This document shows, piece after piece, positions 8,798 through 15,931 of a stretch of 15,931 nucleotides of DNA. The translations under genes and the position numbers were made by a program. Location: UHGV virus genome UHGV-1804947. One strand, given 5' to 3'. The notes under the pieces were generated by a model. That model saw only the letters and a program-made list of their open reading frames with translations, ran no database searches and had not been told where the DNA came from. This DNA is from a virus. The first letter of the stretch is position 1. The number at the start of each line of letters is the position of its first letter.

Positions 8798-10018
8798 TTA
8801 CCCTTTACGGTTTGCCCAGAATTCAGCGTTTTGTTTGTTCAGGGAAGCGATACTGGTCATGCCCATGTTTGGGCGCTGTGCATCGCCGGTGGTGGCGCGG
8901 GTGTTTCGCCCTTTGGCAATTTCAGACACGGCATTAAACGCCATGTCGACCGATTGTTTCGGCAATTTGCGGATATCCGCATCACCGACGATCTGGCGAA
9001 CCAGCGTTTTATCTGCGGAAGCCAGAACCTCGCGTTTGAACGCGGTCGGTTTCATCTTACGGCTCAGATCGATACCCGGAACGATAACTTCGGCACGCCA
9101 GGCTGAGTCACCAGTAATCGTGGTTTCCTCTTCATCGTCCTCGCCGTCACCGGTCGGATTATCGTCAGGCTTATTGTCGTTATCGCCCGTCGCATTTCCT
9201 TCCAGCTTAGCCAGCAGGGCTTTCAGTAATGTTTTGAGGTCATCATCACTGTCGCCGGTTGGACCTCCACCCATCTCTGGTGCTTTGTCCGGTAGTGGTT
9301 GCTGCGGGGACAGATTGATGTTGAGATTAACGCCCTGCGGCAAATCCCCCTCATCTCCTGTAACCGATGCGGGAGCCGACTCCACCAGTTCGTTCATGGT
9401 GTCGGCATCTCCTGTCTTGATGGCTGCACGCATGCGGTTCCACCAGTTTTTCTTTTGATTTGCCATTGTGTCTCTGTCTCCAATTGCACAACGATTTCCG
9501 GCTCTGCCTTTGGGGACAAGAGCCACATGGTTTCCGGTAATATCGACCTGCTCGGCTTTACCTGGCTCGGTCTGCTCGTACTCCGCGTCATAGCCGCACG
9601 ACACTTCACGCAGGCCATCTTCGATAAGCTGAATGGCGTTTTCGTCTTTGACGATAAGGTCAGCCAGCATCAAATCAGACTGCTCACCCGTCCCGCGCCG
9701 GACATTCTGGAGGTGCCCGACAGCAAGCTCTTTCCAGTTCTCGGGATTTACCAGCCGCACATTCCCGTTTTCATCTTCAGGATGCAGGATCGTGATGCTC
9801 ATCCCTTCGAATGAGGCGAGCGTGGCCGGATGGAATACCTGCTCAGGAGAACGCGTTACGACTATCTCACCGAGCTTGTCGGGTTTGAGGTTTGGCAGAT
9901 CGGCAGCGCCGTAGAGCTGCTTACCCGTTCGACCTATCGGCACGTCTTTGCACAGCAGCGAGCCGTCAGCCAGCTGATAGCGGGTTTCCCCCAGCCTGGT
10001 ATTGAAAAAATATTTCAT
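8798..10018 (-). CDS. Putative head scaffolding/maturation protein (406 aa)
   Basis: ORF after the F-like gene. It contains a long acidic, Pro/Gly-rich low-complexity linker (GDSDDD...DDNPTGDGEDDEEETT) typical of scaffold or prohead-protease proteins. RBS AGGT upstream of ATG 10018. Confidence 0.55.
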   Translation of the reverse strand: MKYFFNTRLGETRYQLADGSLLCKDVPIGRTGKQLYGAADLPNLKPDKLGEIVVTRSPEQVFHPATLASFEGMSITILHPEDENGNVRLVNPENWKELAVGHLQNVRRGTGEQSDLMLADLIVKDENAIQLIEDGLREVSCGYDAEYEQTEPGKAEQVDITGNHVALVPKGRAGNRCAIGDRDTMANQKKNWWNRMRAAIKTGDADTMNELVESAPASVTGDEGDLPQGVNLNINLSPQQPLPDKAPEMGGGPTGDSDDDLKTLLKALLAKLEGNATGDNDNKPDDNPTGDGEDDEEETTITGDSAWRAEVIVPGIDLSRKMKPTAFKREVLASADKTLVRQIVGDADIRKLPKQSVDMAFNAVSEIAKGRNTRATTGDAQRPNMGMTSIASLNKQNAEFWANRKG

Positions 10019-10032
10019 GGTTTACCTGCGAT

Positions 10033-10806
10033 TCAGGCGAGATAAGAATGAGGGTTGGGAAAAACGATTTCTTTATAACAGCGACAATTCGGGAGCTCGC
10101 CAGCGTGACCGGTCATGCCATCAAGCGTTGGAGGTTTGCCCCATTCGACAAACTTACCTTCCATCTCCCGATGAGAATGCCGGACGTCGCCATCTTCGGC
10201 TGTACGCCAGATATAACCATTCGAGCCGATTGACAGCGCACGCGCCTGATCCAGCGCGCCGGTTGCACGTCCAAGCTCGGTACGGGCGATAAGGTTCGCT
10301 CGTGAGCGTGACACGTCACCGGACGCTGCTATCTCTTTCGCGAATGGTTCAGCGCGGCCACCAGACACAACGGCCTCGATGGCCTTGTTCTGAATGTCAT
10401 ACACCCGATCGGCGGCCTCAAGAGGCAGTGACTTGATGTACTTAATTTGCTCGGCGACGATGGATTTCATCACCTGGCCTACCGGGGCGCGGTCGACCAT
10501 GTTGCGCAGCTCTGAACTGATGTTCCGGCTGTGTTGACGCCACTGCTTTTCATTCTGGCGCGCTATGTCTGCGGTGAAGTTCTCAGCTACCTTCGTCGCC
10601 CAGGGGGTGATGATTTCACTGTAGCGTTCCAGCGCCTCAATAATTTCCGTGATACTGTCATTTGAACCATCGTAGCGACCATTTACGATGTCCCCGACCG
10701 CCCGCGCTATCTGCCGTAGGCTCGTTCGATATCGGATCTCCGCCTGGCGACTCTGGCGGTTTGTCGCCAAGTTCGCCGATGCCTGGCGGCGCTTCGTCTT
10801 CGGCAT
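10033..10806 (-). CDS. Head morphogenesis protein (Mu F-like / SPP1 gp7-like minor head protein, 257 aa)
   Basis: ORF immediately after the portal gene. Strong RBS GAGGA 8 nt upstream of ATG 10806. The start lies 149 nt inside the 3' end of the portal ORF in another frame. Family call is by position and composition, from memory. Confidence 0.65.
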   Translation of the reverse strand: MPKTKRRQASANLATNRQSRQAEIRYRTSLRQIARAVGDIVNGRYDGSNDSITEIIEALERYSEIITPWATKVAENFTADIARQNEKQWRQHSRNISSELRNMVDRAPVGQVMKSIVAEQIKYIKSLPLEAADRVYDIQNKAIEAVVSGGRAEPFAKEIAASGDVSRSRANLIARTELGRATGALDQARALSIGSNGYIWRTAEDGDVRHSHREMEGKFVEWGKPPTLDGMTGHAGELPNCRCYKEIVFPNPHSYLA

Positions 10807-12124
10807 TCTCTATGTCCTCGTCGGTAATGGATGCCCCGATGCCGGTTACGTCAGAATTTTCGCGCAAATCGGTCATAGCGGCTTTCAGTGTCATCAGACC
10901 ATCACCCAGCGCCGTACTGATTGCGTTGGTGGTGTTTACGGCCACCGTTGAGCGGTCAACGTCAGACATTTGCCATAGGGGGTTAAACTCAAACGTGAAA
11001 TCGTCCGGCAGCGGCTTACCGAGTTCCGAGCGGTGCATAATGTCCAGTATCCGGCGTATCGGCAGCCGTAAGCGGCGCTCCTGCAATGAGCTCACCCGGT
11101 CGTAATAGTTGGCGAGGTCTGCGTCACCAGTAGAGAAGCCTTTCGGGGATTGACCGAACAGTCGCACCAGCGGGATACCAACGGCACCGCTGATCTGCTC
11201 AGCGAACTGCGAAAGAATGTCATCCAGACCACTGAAGCTGTACTGATGGGTTTCAAACTTATCCCGCGAGTCCATGAGCGTCATGCCTTCATTGCTCTGG
11301 AACTGTCGAATCAGGTCGATATTCTTCAGCAACGCTTCATACGCAGGACCACCAAGTGCGATAAGCTCGCGTAGCTTCTCCACGCTGTAGGTGCGCAGAT
11401 GCGCCTTGTAGACCAGCTGCGCCGCGCCGACAGTAGCGCTGTCGAACGCGGTAAGACGATCCCAGATACGCTCTACAACCGACATTCCCCATTCGTTCTC
11501 GGTCATCTTCTGCTGGAATGGCAGCGTGACGCCATCAAAGCGAATCAGACGACTGTGATGAATGCGCCAGGCAGGAATTCCCGTTGCTGTGGTCACCACA
11601 TCGTAAAACTCAGGTTTACCCAGGTCCGGCCCCATATCTTTAATGCGGCGGGTCAGCACTGGGTTAATCATCCAGCGGTCGAGCGGGAGAATGCCCTTAA
11701 ACTTGCCTTCTCCAATGGTTTCGAGCCGCAGCGGGGTCATTGGTGCCTGCCCCTCAATCATGATGAAACCCACCGCGCCGCCATAGAGGCGCGACCATTT
11801 CAGCACGTCATTCAGCGCATCCCAGATTTGCAACTCATCCAGTTGTGATTCGAGAATGCCGCGATCTTTTGCATCAATTTCCGAAGTGATGCGAATGCCT
11901 TTGCGGGTCATATCATCTGGGATAGCATCGACCGCTTCGCCGATGATCCAGGACGAACGATAGGACCATTCCACCAGCATGCGGTTACGACTGGTGAAAT
12001 TAGCCCGGTAGGTGGATGCTGAGTGCTGGTTAGGTGTCTGCATCCCTACGCGGGCAATAAAATTCTCATAACCATCAGCTGTGGCCTGCGCAGTTCGCCG
12101 CAGGGCTTGTTTGTTTCGTGCCAT
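10658..12124 (-). CDS. Portal protein (488 aa)
   Basis: ORF directly downstream of the large terminase, with start and stop overlapping (TGATG at 12126..12122). Size is typical of a portal protein. Acidic C-terminal tail. Confidence 0.75.
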   Translation of the reverse strand: MARNKQALRRTAQATADGYENFIARVGMQTPNQHSASTYRANFTSRNRMLVEWSYRSSWIIGEAVDAIPDDMTRKGIRITSEIDAKDRGILESQLDELQIWDALNDVLKWSRLYGGAVGFIMIEGQAPMTPLRLETIGEGKFKGILPLDRWMINPVLTRRIKDMGPDLGKPEFYDVVTTATGIPAWRIHHSRLIRFDGVTLPFQQKMTENEWGMSVVERIWDRLTAFDSATVGAAQLVYKAHLRTYSVEKLRELIALGGPAYEALLKNIDLIRQFQSNEGMTLMDSRDKFETHQYSFSGLDDILSQFAEQISGAVGIPLVRLFGQSPKGFSTGDADLANYYDRVSSLQERRLRLPIRRILDIMHRSELGKPLPDDFTFEFNPLWQMSDVDRSTVAVNTTNAISTALGDGLMTLKAAMTDLRENSDVTGIGASITDEDIENAEDEAPPGIGELGDKPPESPGGDPISNEPTADSAGGRGHRKWSLRWFK

Positions 12125-13746
12125 CAGGCCTGTCTCCCTAGCAGCTCCCAGATGTTCAGGGCTGAATTCATTGGGGCATAGTTGATCATCACCGAGTCGG
12201 CAAGGTTTGGCGATCGGGTTCCATCAGGCTGTTTATCAATAACGATTTTTCCCACACCATTAATGGAATAGGTCGGCTGCGAAAGCTCGATGATGAGTTT
12301 ATCTTTGAGTGCCATGCTACTGCTGATTGAGATGATTTCGTCCGGGTTGTAAGCCATACCTTCAACCACGGCGCGCCAGGTATTCTGAAAAAGTTTACGT
12401 AACCGCCACCAGCTCTGGGCTTTGGCGTTAGCGAAGAAGTCCTTGTTCAGACGTGCGGCTTGCCCGTTGTCCCCGCGAACAGCTTCATCATCTGGATCAA
12501 ATACCGCGCCACTACCGCGAAACGGTGTAGCGAGTATTGACGGTCGACGCGCAGCGTTACGCTGTTCGTTGATAGCGCGTGCATCGCCGCGAACGCCAGC
12601 GCCCAGCCCGTCCTCATCAAAGCGAAACTCTTCGAGGTTGTCCTGTTCGCAAAAACCGAAGACCTTCTCGACGGACTGATAAATGTCGCTGCCCACACCG
12701 GACCATTCCCGCACATTTTCCAGGAGGAAGCCATGACGGGTGGAAAATGCATTTTTGTCCCTGCCTTCGTCGGCGACATCCATCGCGCCAAGTCGTTTGC
12801 CTGTTGGCTGGATACCCAGTTTGATATGTGCATCAACGGCAGCCTGTACCCATTCGGATGGAATCAGGACGCCTTCCGCTGATGCGCTGTAGTTCAGATC
12901 AAGTTCCTGTGCCACCACCACCGGATTATCGATTTTCTCGCATTCCCTGCGATACCACTCTTCATCCTTGCGAGGATCATCCCGCCAGTGGAATGTGAAT
13001 ACCGGTATCTTCCCGCCATGACGCTTCTGAGCGAACGGGTTCGCCATGCCGTTAACTGAACTCAGGTCAATACGGCAACGCGTCGTTTGTGACAACGCCG
13101 CATCAATCAGCAGAGGACGCTGAAGGAATGCAGCCTCATCAACCAGATAAAGCGTGGTACGGTCACCACGACCAATATTATCGCCAGCCTCGCCTTTGAT
13201 AACGGCACCAGTTTCAGGAAACTCAACACGCATATATGGCGCGTGCTTCTTCTCGCTCCACGAACCGCGAAACTCTACAGGTAGTGTTTCCACGAACTTG
13301 CGCGCCTTCCAGAACAATGCTTTCGGGTCACCGGTGCTGTCGACGTATTCCTCTTTACGGGAGCCGAAACCGATAACCATTTCTTTGTTGAAGAGACAAA
13401 GCGAGCAGGCCAGTCCGATCGCGGTCCAACTGAGCCCCATTTCACGGGATTTTTCGGTAATACCATTCTCCCTATTGCCCCAGCGTTCCATAATCCAGTG
13501 GATCCACTCCTCCTGCTTAGGGAAGAGTAAAAACGGAATGGTCACCGGCAGGCCATAATCAATATTACGCGGGTCCGTTGTCATGCCCCAGTCGATGATG
13601 AACTGAGCCGGGTTGGTTCGGTAAAACTGTTTTAGTGCTGGCAATATTTCAGGGTTCTGGCGAATGCGCTGTAAGCGTTCCATCCGCCATTCAAAAACCA
13701 TCTGGTAATCAGGATGTTTAAAATCGAAGGGGAATGGTAACGGCAT
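12124..13746 (-). CDS. Terminase large subunit (540 aa)
   Basis: ORF starting 2 nt after the small terminase stop. It has a deviant Walker-A-like ATPase motif ([11 protein letters not shown], of the KSRxxGxS type seen in large terminases) and an Asp-rich C-terminal nuclease-like half. Confidence 0.85.
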   Translation of the reverse strand: MPLPFPFDFKHPDYQMVFEWRMERLQRIRQNPEILPALKQFYRTNPAQFIIDWGMTTDPRNIDYGLPVTIPFLLFPKQEEWIHWIMERWGNRENGITEKSREMGLSWTAIGLACSLCLFNKEMVIGFGSRKEEYVDSTGDPKALFWKARKFVETLPVEFRGSWSEKKHAPYMRVEFPETGAVIKGEAGDNIGRGDRTTLYLVDEAAFLQRPLLIDAALSQTTRCRIDLSSVNGMANPFAQKRHGGKIPVFTFHWRDDPRKDEEWYRRECEKIDNPVVVAQELDLNYSASAEGVLIPSEWVQAAVDAHIKLGIQPTGKRLGAMDVADEGRDKNAFSTRHGFLLENVREWSGVGSDIYQSVEKVFGFCEQDNLEEFRFDEDGLGAGVRGDARAINEQRNAARRPSILATPFRGSGAVFDPDDEAVRGDNGQAARLNKDFFANAKAQSWWRLRKLFQNTWRAVVEGMAYNPDEIISISSSMALKDKLIIELSQPTYSINGVGKIVIDKQPDGTRSPNLADSVMINYAPMNSALNIWELLGRQA

Positions 13747-13748
13747 AC

Positions 13749-14300
13749 TTAGCCCATCATTTTTCTATACGCCTCTGCAACCTGCTCCGGCGTTAAGTTG
13801 GTAATTTCTGTTCTGACTGGTCCTCCGTCAGCACCAGTCACTTCATTTTTGACATTGTCTTTAAACGCCTGAACAGAAACATGACGCCCGAGCAATTCAA
13901 GGTTTTTAACCTTATCAGGCCATTTGATTTTCTTCAGAAGTGCGGCGCTATCTGCGGATGCCATCTCCACGACATCCATTCCTGATAGCGTTGTGCGCCA
14001 TACCTTAGGCCAGTCTTTAATGGGCTTTAGCTCACCGTTTTGCAGGAGAATGTCGAGCACATCCATCTGGTCGATTTCAATAAGGCGATTAAGTACATAT
14101 TCTGCATTAATACCAATAAGATCATTGCGTTGCGCTTTCAGTTCGGCGATTCTTAACTTGATGTCAGGTTTTGACAGGTTTTCGGATGCGGTACGGTTAG
14201 CTGTCTTTGCGCTGTACCCCGCCCGAATAGCCGCTTGCGTGGCGTTTAAATCGATGAGGTACTCGCGACAGAACATTTCTTGCTTGTCAGTGAGTGCCAT
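13749..14300 (-). CDS. Terminase small subunit (183 aa)
   Basis: N-terminus [34 protein letters not shown] is the characteristic helix-turn-helix signature of this small-terminase family, recognised from memory. It lies immediately upstream of the large terminase. Confidence 0.85.
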   Translation of the reverse strand: MALTDKQEMFCREYLIDLNATQAAIRAGYSAKTANRTASENLSKPDIKLRIAELKAQRNDLIGINAEYVLNRLIEIDQMDVLDILLQNGELKPIKDWPKVWRTTLSGMDVVEMASADSAALLKKIKWPDKVKNLELLGRHVSVQAFKDNVKNEVTGADGGPVRTEITNLTPEQVAEAYRKMMG

Positions 14301-14324
14301 AGTTTTCTCTAGAGGGTTTCTTTA

Positions 14325-14561
14325 ATGAACTCAAAGCAAATTTTTTACCGAAATACAGGTCATGATAATGAAACTTATATATTCCTGGACAAATTGGACA
14401 ATGGCTCCTACCAAGTCAGGGTTGGTCATTCGTCGCCTGTGAGCCATTTTGAATGGGAGGGTGATGAAACCATTCAGACAGTGGAAGAGTTTCTAGGTTC
14501 TAACCCATCATATACTGAACGTGTTCATCAACTAATTTCTGAGTTTGAAGCAGAATCGTAA
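14325..14561 (+). CDS. Hypothetical acidic protein (78 aa), candidate moron encoded antisense to the late operon
   Basis: The only long open frame in a visibly AT-rich segment. RBS GAGGG lies 8 nt upstream of the ATG. The opposite strand is full of stops. The protein has about 14 Asp/Glu against 5 Lys/Arg and no signal peptide or TM segment. No homolog recognised. Confidence 0.45.
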   Translation: MNSKQIFYRNTGHDNETYIFLDKLDNGSYQVRVGHSSPVSHFEWEGDETIQTVEEFLGSNPSYTERVHQLISEFEAES

Positions 14562-14927
14562 TCACCACCCAAGCGACTCAACTGATATCTAGTTCATCAT
14601 TACTAGGACTAAAAGTAGATTCCTGACATTGAGAATCTCTTTATCCGCTTGTGGGGATATCAGTTAAGTTATCCCGTGTAGGGTATAAGCCATTGTCGAG
14701 ACCACTCATTGAATGGTCTCTGCAATAACCGATGTCTTTCCATCAGTCCGCCACCACAAAGAATCTTTTTTGCCATAAGGCAGGAGGTTCATCTTTCAGT
14801 GGCTGCCAGTGTTATTTCCCCACTTACTGGCTTGGGTTGTTTCGCTGTATTGCCGTAACTGGTTTCCCAGAATAAATTCCGGTTTCATTATCAAGCCCAC
14901 CAGTAGATAGGCTTTGTAATGACATCT

Positions 14928-15452
14928 TCAATTAATCAGCAGTTCAGGCTGTGTCACCTGCAAGATGTATTCATGCTCGACAGCCAGGACACGCTTCTCT
15001 TTCTTCCGTTCGTTCATTAACCGACTGCCGATCGTACCTTTCAGCTTTGAGCGTGTTTCTTTGATGGCGTAGCGATGCTGCATTTCTTCGCCAATTGCCA
15101 TGCGGCGGCTCAGTTGCTCTGCCATCCAGTTGAATGCTGCGATATAGCTCTCCTTGATTGCCGCAGCAGCTTTCCCGGTGAACCCCATCACAACCATGAT
15201 CCAGCCATCTTTCGTCAGGCTGTACATCGGGCGAACCTTGCCCTGCTCATCGATATAATCAGCCGACGCAAAATTGCGTTGGCTAAACTCACGCGAGCAA
15301 TCAGCCTTAACCTGCTCGATTTTCCTGAGAACATCACCGTGTCGCTTGCCGAAGTACTTGGCAATTTTTCTGGATGTGGTAACGACCTCTCCGTTTTTGG
15401 CTTGCACCATTTCTCGGAAGTCGAAGGCTGGAATAACTGAATGATTATTCAT
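14928..15452 (-). CDS. rha: Phage regulatory protein Rha (174 aa from ATG 15452)
   Basis: The sequence MNNHSVIPAFDFREMVQAKNGEVVTTSRKIAKYFGKRHGDVLRKIEQ...RPMYSLTKDGWIMVVMGFTGKAAAAIKESYIAAFNWME matches the Rha-family pattern as I remember it. The start is placed at ATG 15452 (AAGGT SD upstream) rather than the track GTG at 15488, which has no SD. Its position between lysis and terminase genes parallels P22 orf201. Confidence 0.8.
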   Translation of the reverse strand: MNNHSVIPAFDFREMVQAKNGEVVTTSRKIAKYFGKRHGDVLRKIEQVKADCSREFSQRNFASADYIDEQGKVRPMYSLTKDGWIMVVMGFTGKAAAAIKESYIAAFNWMAEQLSRRMAIGEEMQHRYAIKETRSKLKGTIGSRLMNERKKEKRVLAVEHEYILQVTQPELLIN

Positions 15453-15600
15453 AGCGTCTTTACCTTTTAGAAAGTGAGCCTGTCTCACAGAAAAGCCGCC
15501 CCGAGATGGTCGCCACCATATACGACAGTTCTCAGGCTCAACTTTCTGAAAGGCTCGGGTGATGTAATATGCGCGTGAGATGCGCTGTGAAATTCAGATG

Positions 15601-15627
15601 TAAAAAAAGCCCCGCATCGCGAGGCTC
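15601..15627 (-). terminator. Intrinsic (rho-independent) terminator downstream of Rz
   Basis: Minus strand reads GCCUCGC-GAU-GCGGGGC followed by UUUUUUU: a 7-bp GC-rich stem with one G-U pair, a 3-nt loop and a 7-U tract, about 35 nt after the Rz stop. Confidence 0.55.
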
Positions 15628-15659
15628 ATTAAATGGACTTTGTGATTTGCAAAAAAAAA

Positions 15660-15931
15660 TTATTTCAGGCATTGCGTCCTGATGTACTCCTGCAGGTAGT
15701 TAACCTGCGCAGTTATCCTGTCGATTCCACTTCGGAGACGGTAATAATTGAGTTCAGCATCTGCTGTAAGTCTTGGGCTTTCTCCATCGCCCATGCTGCT
15801 GGCTCCGGTCGTTGACTTTGCACAGGTGGCGGCGACTTGCAGGCGCTTACGCCCAGCAGAAACATCAGCACGGAGGCTTTCGATAGTCGCGTTAGCATCA
15901 GCAAGCTCCTTTGTGTATCTGGCGTCGAGTT
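15660..15931 (-). CDS. Rz: Rz i-spanin, 5' partial (C-terminal about 90 codons in the window)
   Basis: The frame is open from the window edge to TAA at 15662..15660. Translation (...YTKELADANATIESLRADVSAGRKRLQVAATCAKSTTGASSMGDGESPRLTADAELNYYRLRSGIDRITAQVNYLQEYIRTQCLK) resembles the lambda Rz C-terminus as I recall it. The Rz1 gene is embedded in the +1 frame. Confidence 0.85.
   Translation of the reverse strand, partial: LDARYTKELADANATIESLRADVSAGRKRLQVAATCAKSTTGASSMGDGESPRLTADAELNYYRLRSGIDRITAQVNYLQEYIRTQCLK
15713..15898 (-). CDS. Rz1: Rz1 o-spanin (outer-membrane lipoprotein, 61 aa) embedded within Rz
   Basis: ATG 15898..15896 is preceded by AGGAG with a 7-nt spacer. It has a signal peptide with lipobox (LLGVSAC) and a Pro-rich mature region (KSPPPVQSQRPEPAAW). 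It lies wholly inside Rz in a different frame, the hallmark embedded-spanin arrangement. Confidence 0.8.
   Translation of the reverse strand: MLTRLSKASVLMFLLGVSACKSPPPVQSQRPEPAAWAMEKAQDLQQMLNSIITVSEVESTG

Noticed and set aside
8835-9458. 207-aa plus-strand ORF, and similar plus-strand ORFs at 9299-9814, 2051-2554, 2290-2709, 10662-11105, 11399-11848, 13154-13558 and 13924-14325
   Set aside because: All lie wholly inside, and antisense to, well-supported minus-strand structural genes. Their translations are Ser/Arg/Pro/Cys-rich low-complexity strings typical of the antisense frame of coding DNA, and none has a convincing RBS.
14171-14199. Perfect TTGACA hexamer on the plus strand inside the small-terminase coding region, as a promoter for the 78-aa ORF
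   Set aside because: No acceptable -10 element at 16-19 nt spacing, and it lies about 150 nt upstream of the ORF. Likely a chance occurrence.
14698-14720. Hairpin GAGACCA-N9-TGGTCTC (and GGGATA-N10-TATCCC at 14654-14675) as an intrinsic terminator for the 78-aa ORF or for rha
   Set aside because: Neither stem is followed by a U-tract on either strand, so they do not qualify as canonical rho-independent terminators. Reported as structural elements only.
14732-14875. 47-codon plus-strand ORF with 4 cysteines in the convergent gap (MSFHQSATTKNLFCHKAGGSSFSGCQCYFPTYWLGLFRCIAVTGFPE)
   Set aside because: No RBS upstream of the ATG, and the length is within chance expectation for this region. Kept only as a low-probability small-protein candidate under the non-coding-gap finding.
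14796-14925. Several 22-35 codon minus-strand ORFs in the gap (for example an ATG at 14925 directly after the rha stop, and an ATG at 14888)
   Set aside because: Short, with no or weak Shine-Dalgarno sequences, overlapping one another in different frames. Indistinguishable from random ORFs.
15453-15488. Longer Rha ORF starting at GTG 15488 (track N-terminus MRQAHFLKGKDA-)
   Set aside because: No Shine-Dalgarno precedes the GTG, whereas ATG 15452 has an AAGGT motif at suitable spacing. The extension is probably untranslated leader.
15564-15592. Possible sigma-70 promoter for rha on the minus strand (TTTCAC, 17-nt spacer, TATTAC)
   Set aside because: The -35 hexamer matches the consensus at only 2 of 6 positions. 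Too weak to call without transcript data.
15633-15815. 60-aa plus-strand ORF overlapping Rz/Rz1
   Set aside because: Antisense to the well-supported spanin genes, with no RBS. Its start lies in the A-rich spacer after the terminator.
1-15931. tRNA, rRNA, CRISPR repeats, integrase, transposase, IS inverted repeats
   Set aside because: I scanned the few intergenic regions by eye and found no cloverleaf-like T-arm motifs, no regularly spaced direct repeats, and no ORF resembling a recombinase or transposase. The window appears to be purely late-operon phage DNA.

Overview
The window is almost entirely the late (lysis and morphogenesis) region of a tailed-phage prophage, all transcribed on the minus strand from high to low coordinates. 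In that order it holds: the 3' end of an Rz/Rz1 spanin pair (lambda-like by my reading), an intrinsic terminator, a Rha-family regulator, an AT-rich island of about 630 bp carrying one antisense 78-codon ORF, terminase small and large subunits, portal, a Mu-F-like head morphogenesis protein, a scaffold-like protein, a second structural protein, major capsid, four to five small head-tail connector proteins, tail sheath, tail tube, a tail assembly chaperone with a programmed -1 frameshift, tape measure protein, and the first baseplate-side genes. Genes are tightly packed, with 1-35 nt overlaps and AGGAG-like ribosome-binding sites that I checked by hand at most starts. The layout is a lambdoid/P22-like lysis-rha-terminase junction joined to a contractile-tail module, most likely from an enterobacterial host; this is recalled from memory, not from a database search. 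I found no tRNA, rRNA, CRISPR array, integrase or transposase. The most interesting locus is the AT-rich island between rha and the small terminase (14301-14927): a plausible moron encoding a strongly acidic 78-aa protein of unknown function, followed by a 366-bp ORF-free gap with two hairpins. I cannot show that it is a new system; it is a candidate only. Product names for the structural genes rest on gene order, size and remembered family resemblance, so confidences are moderate.
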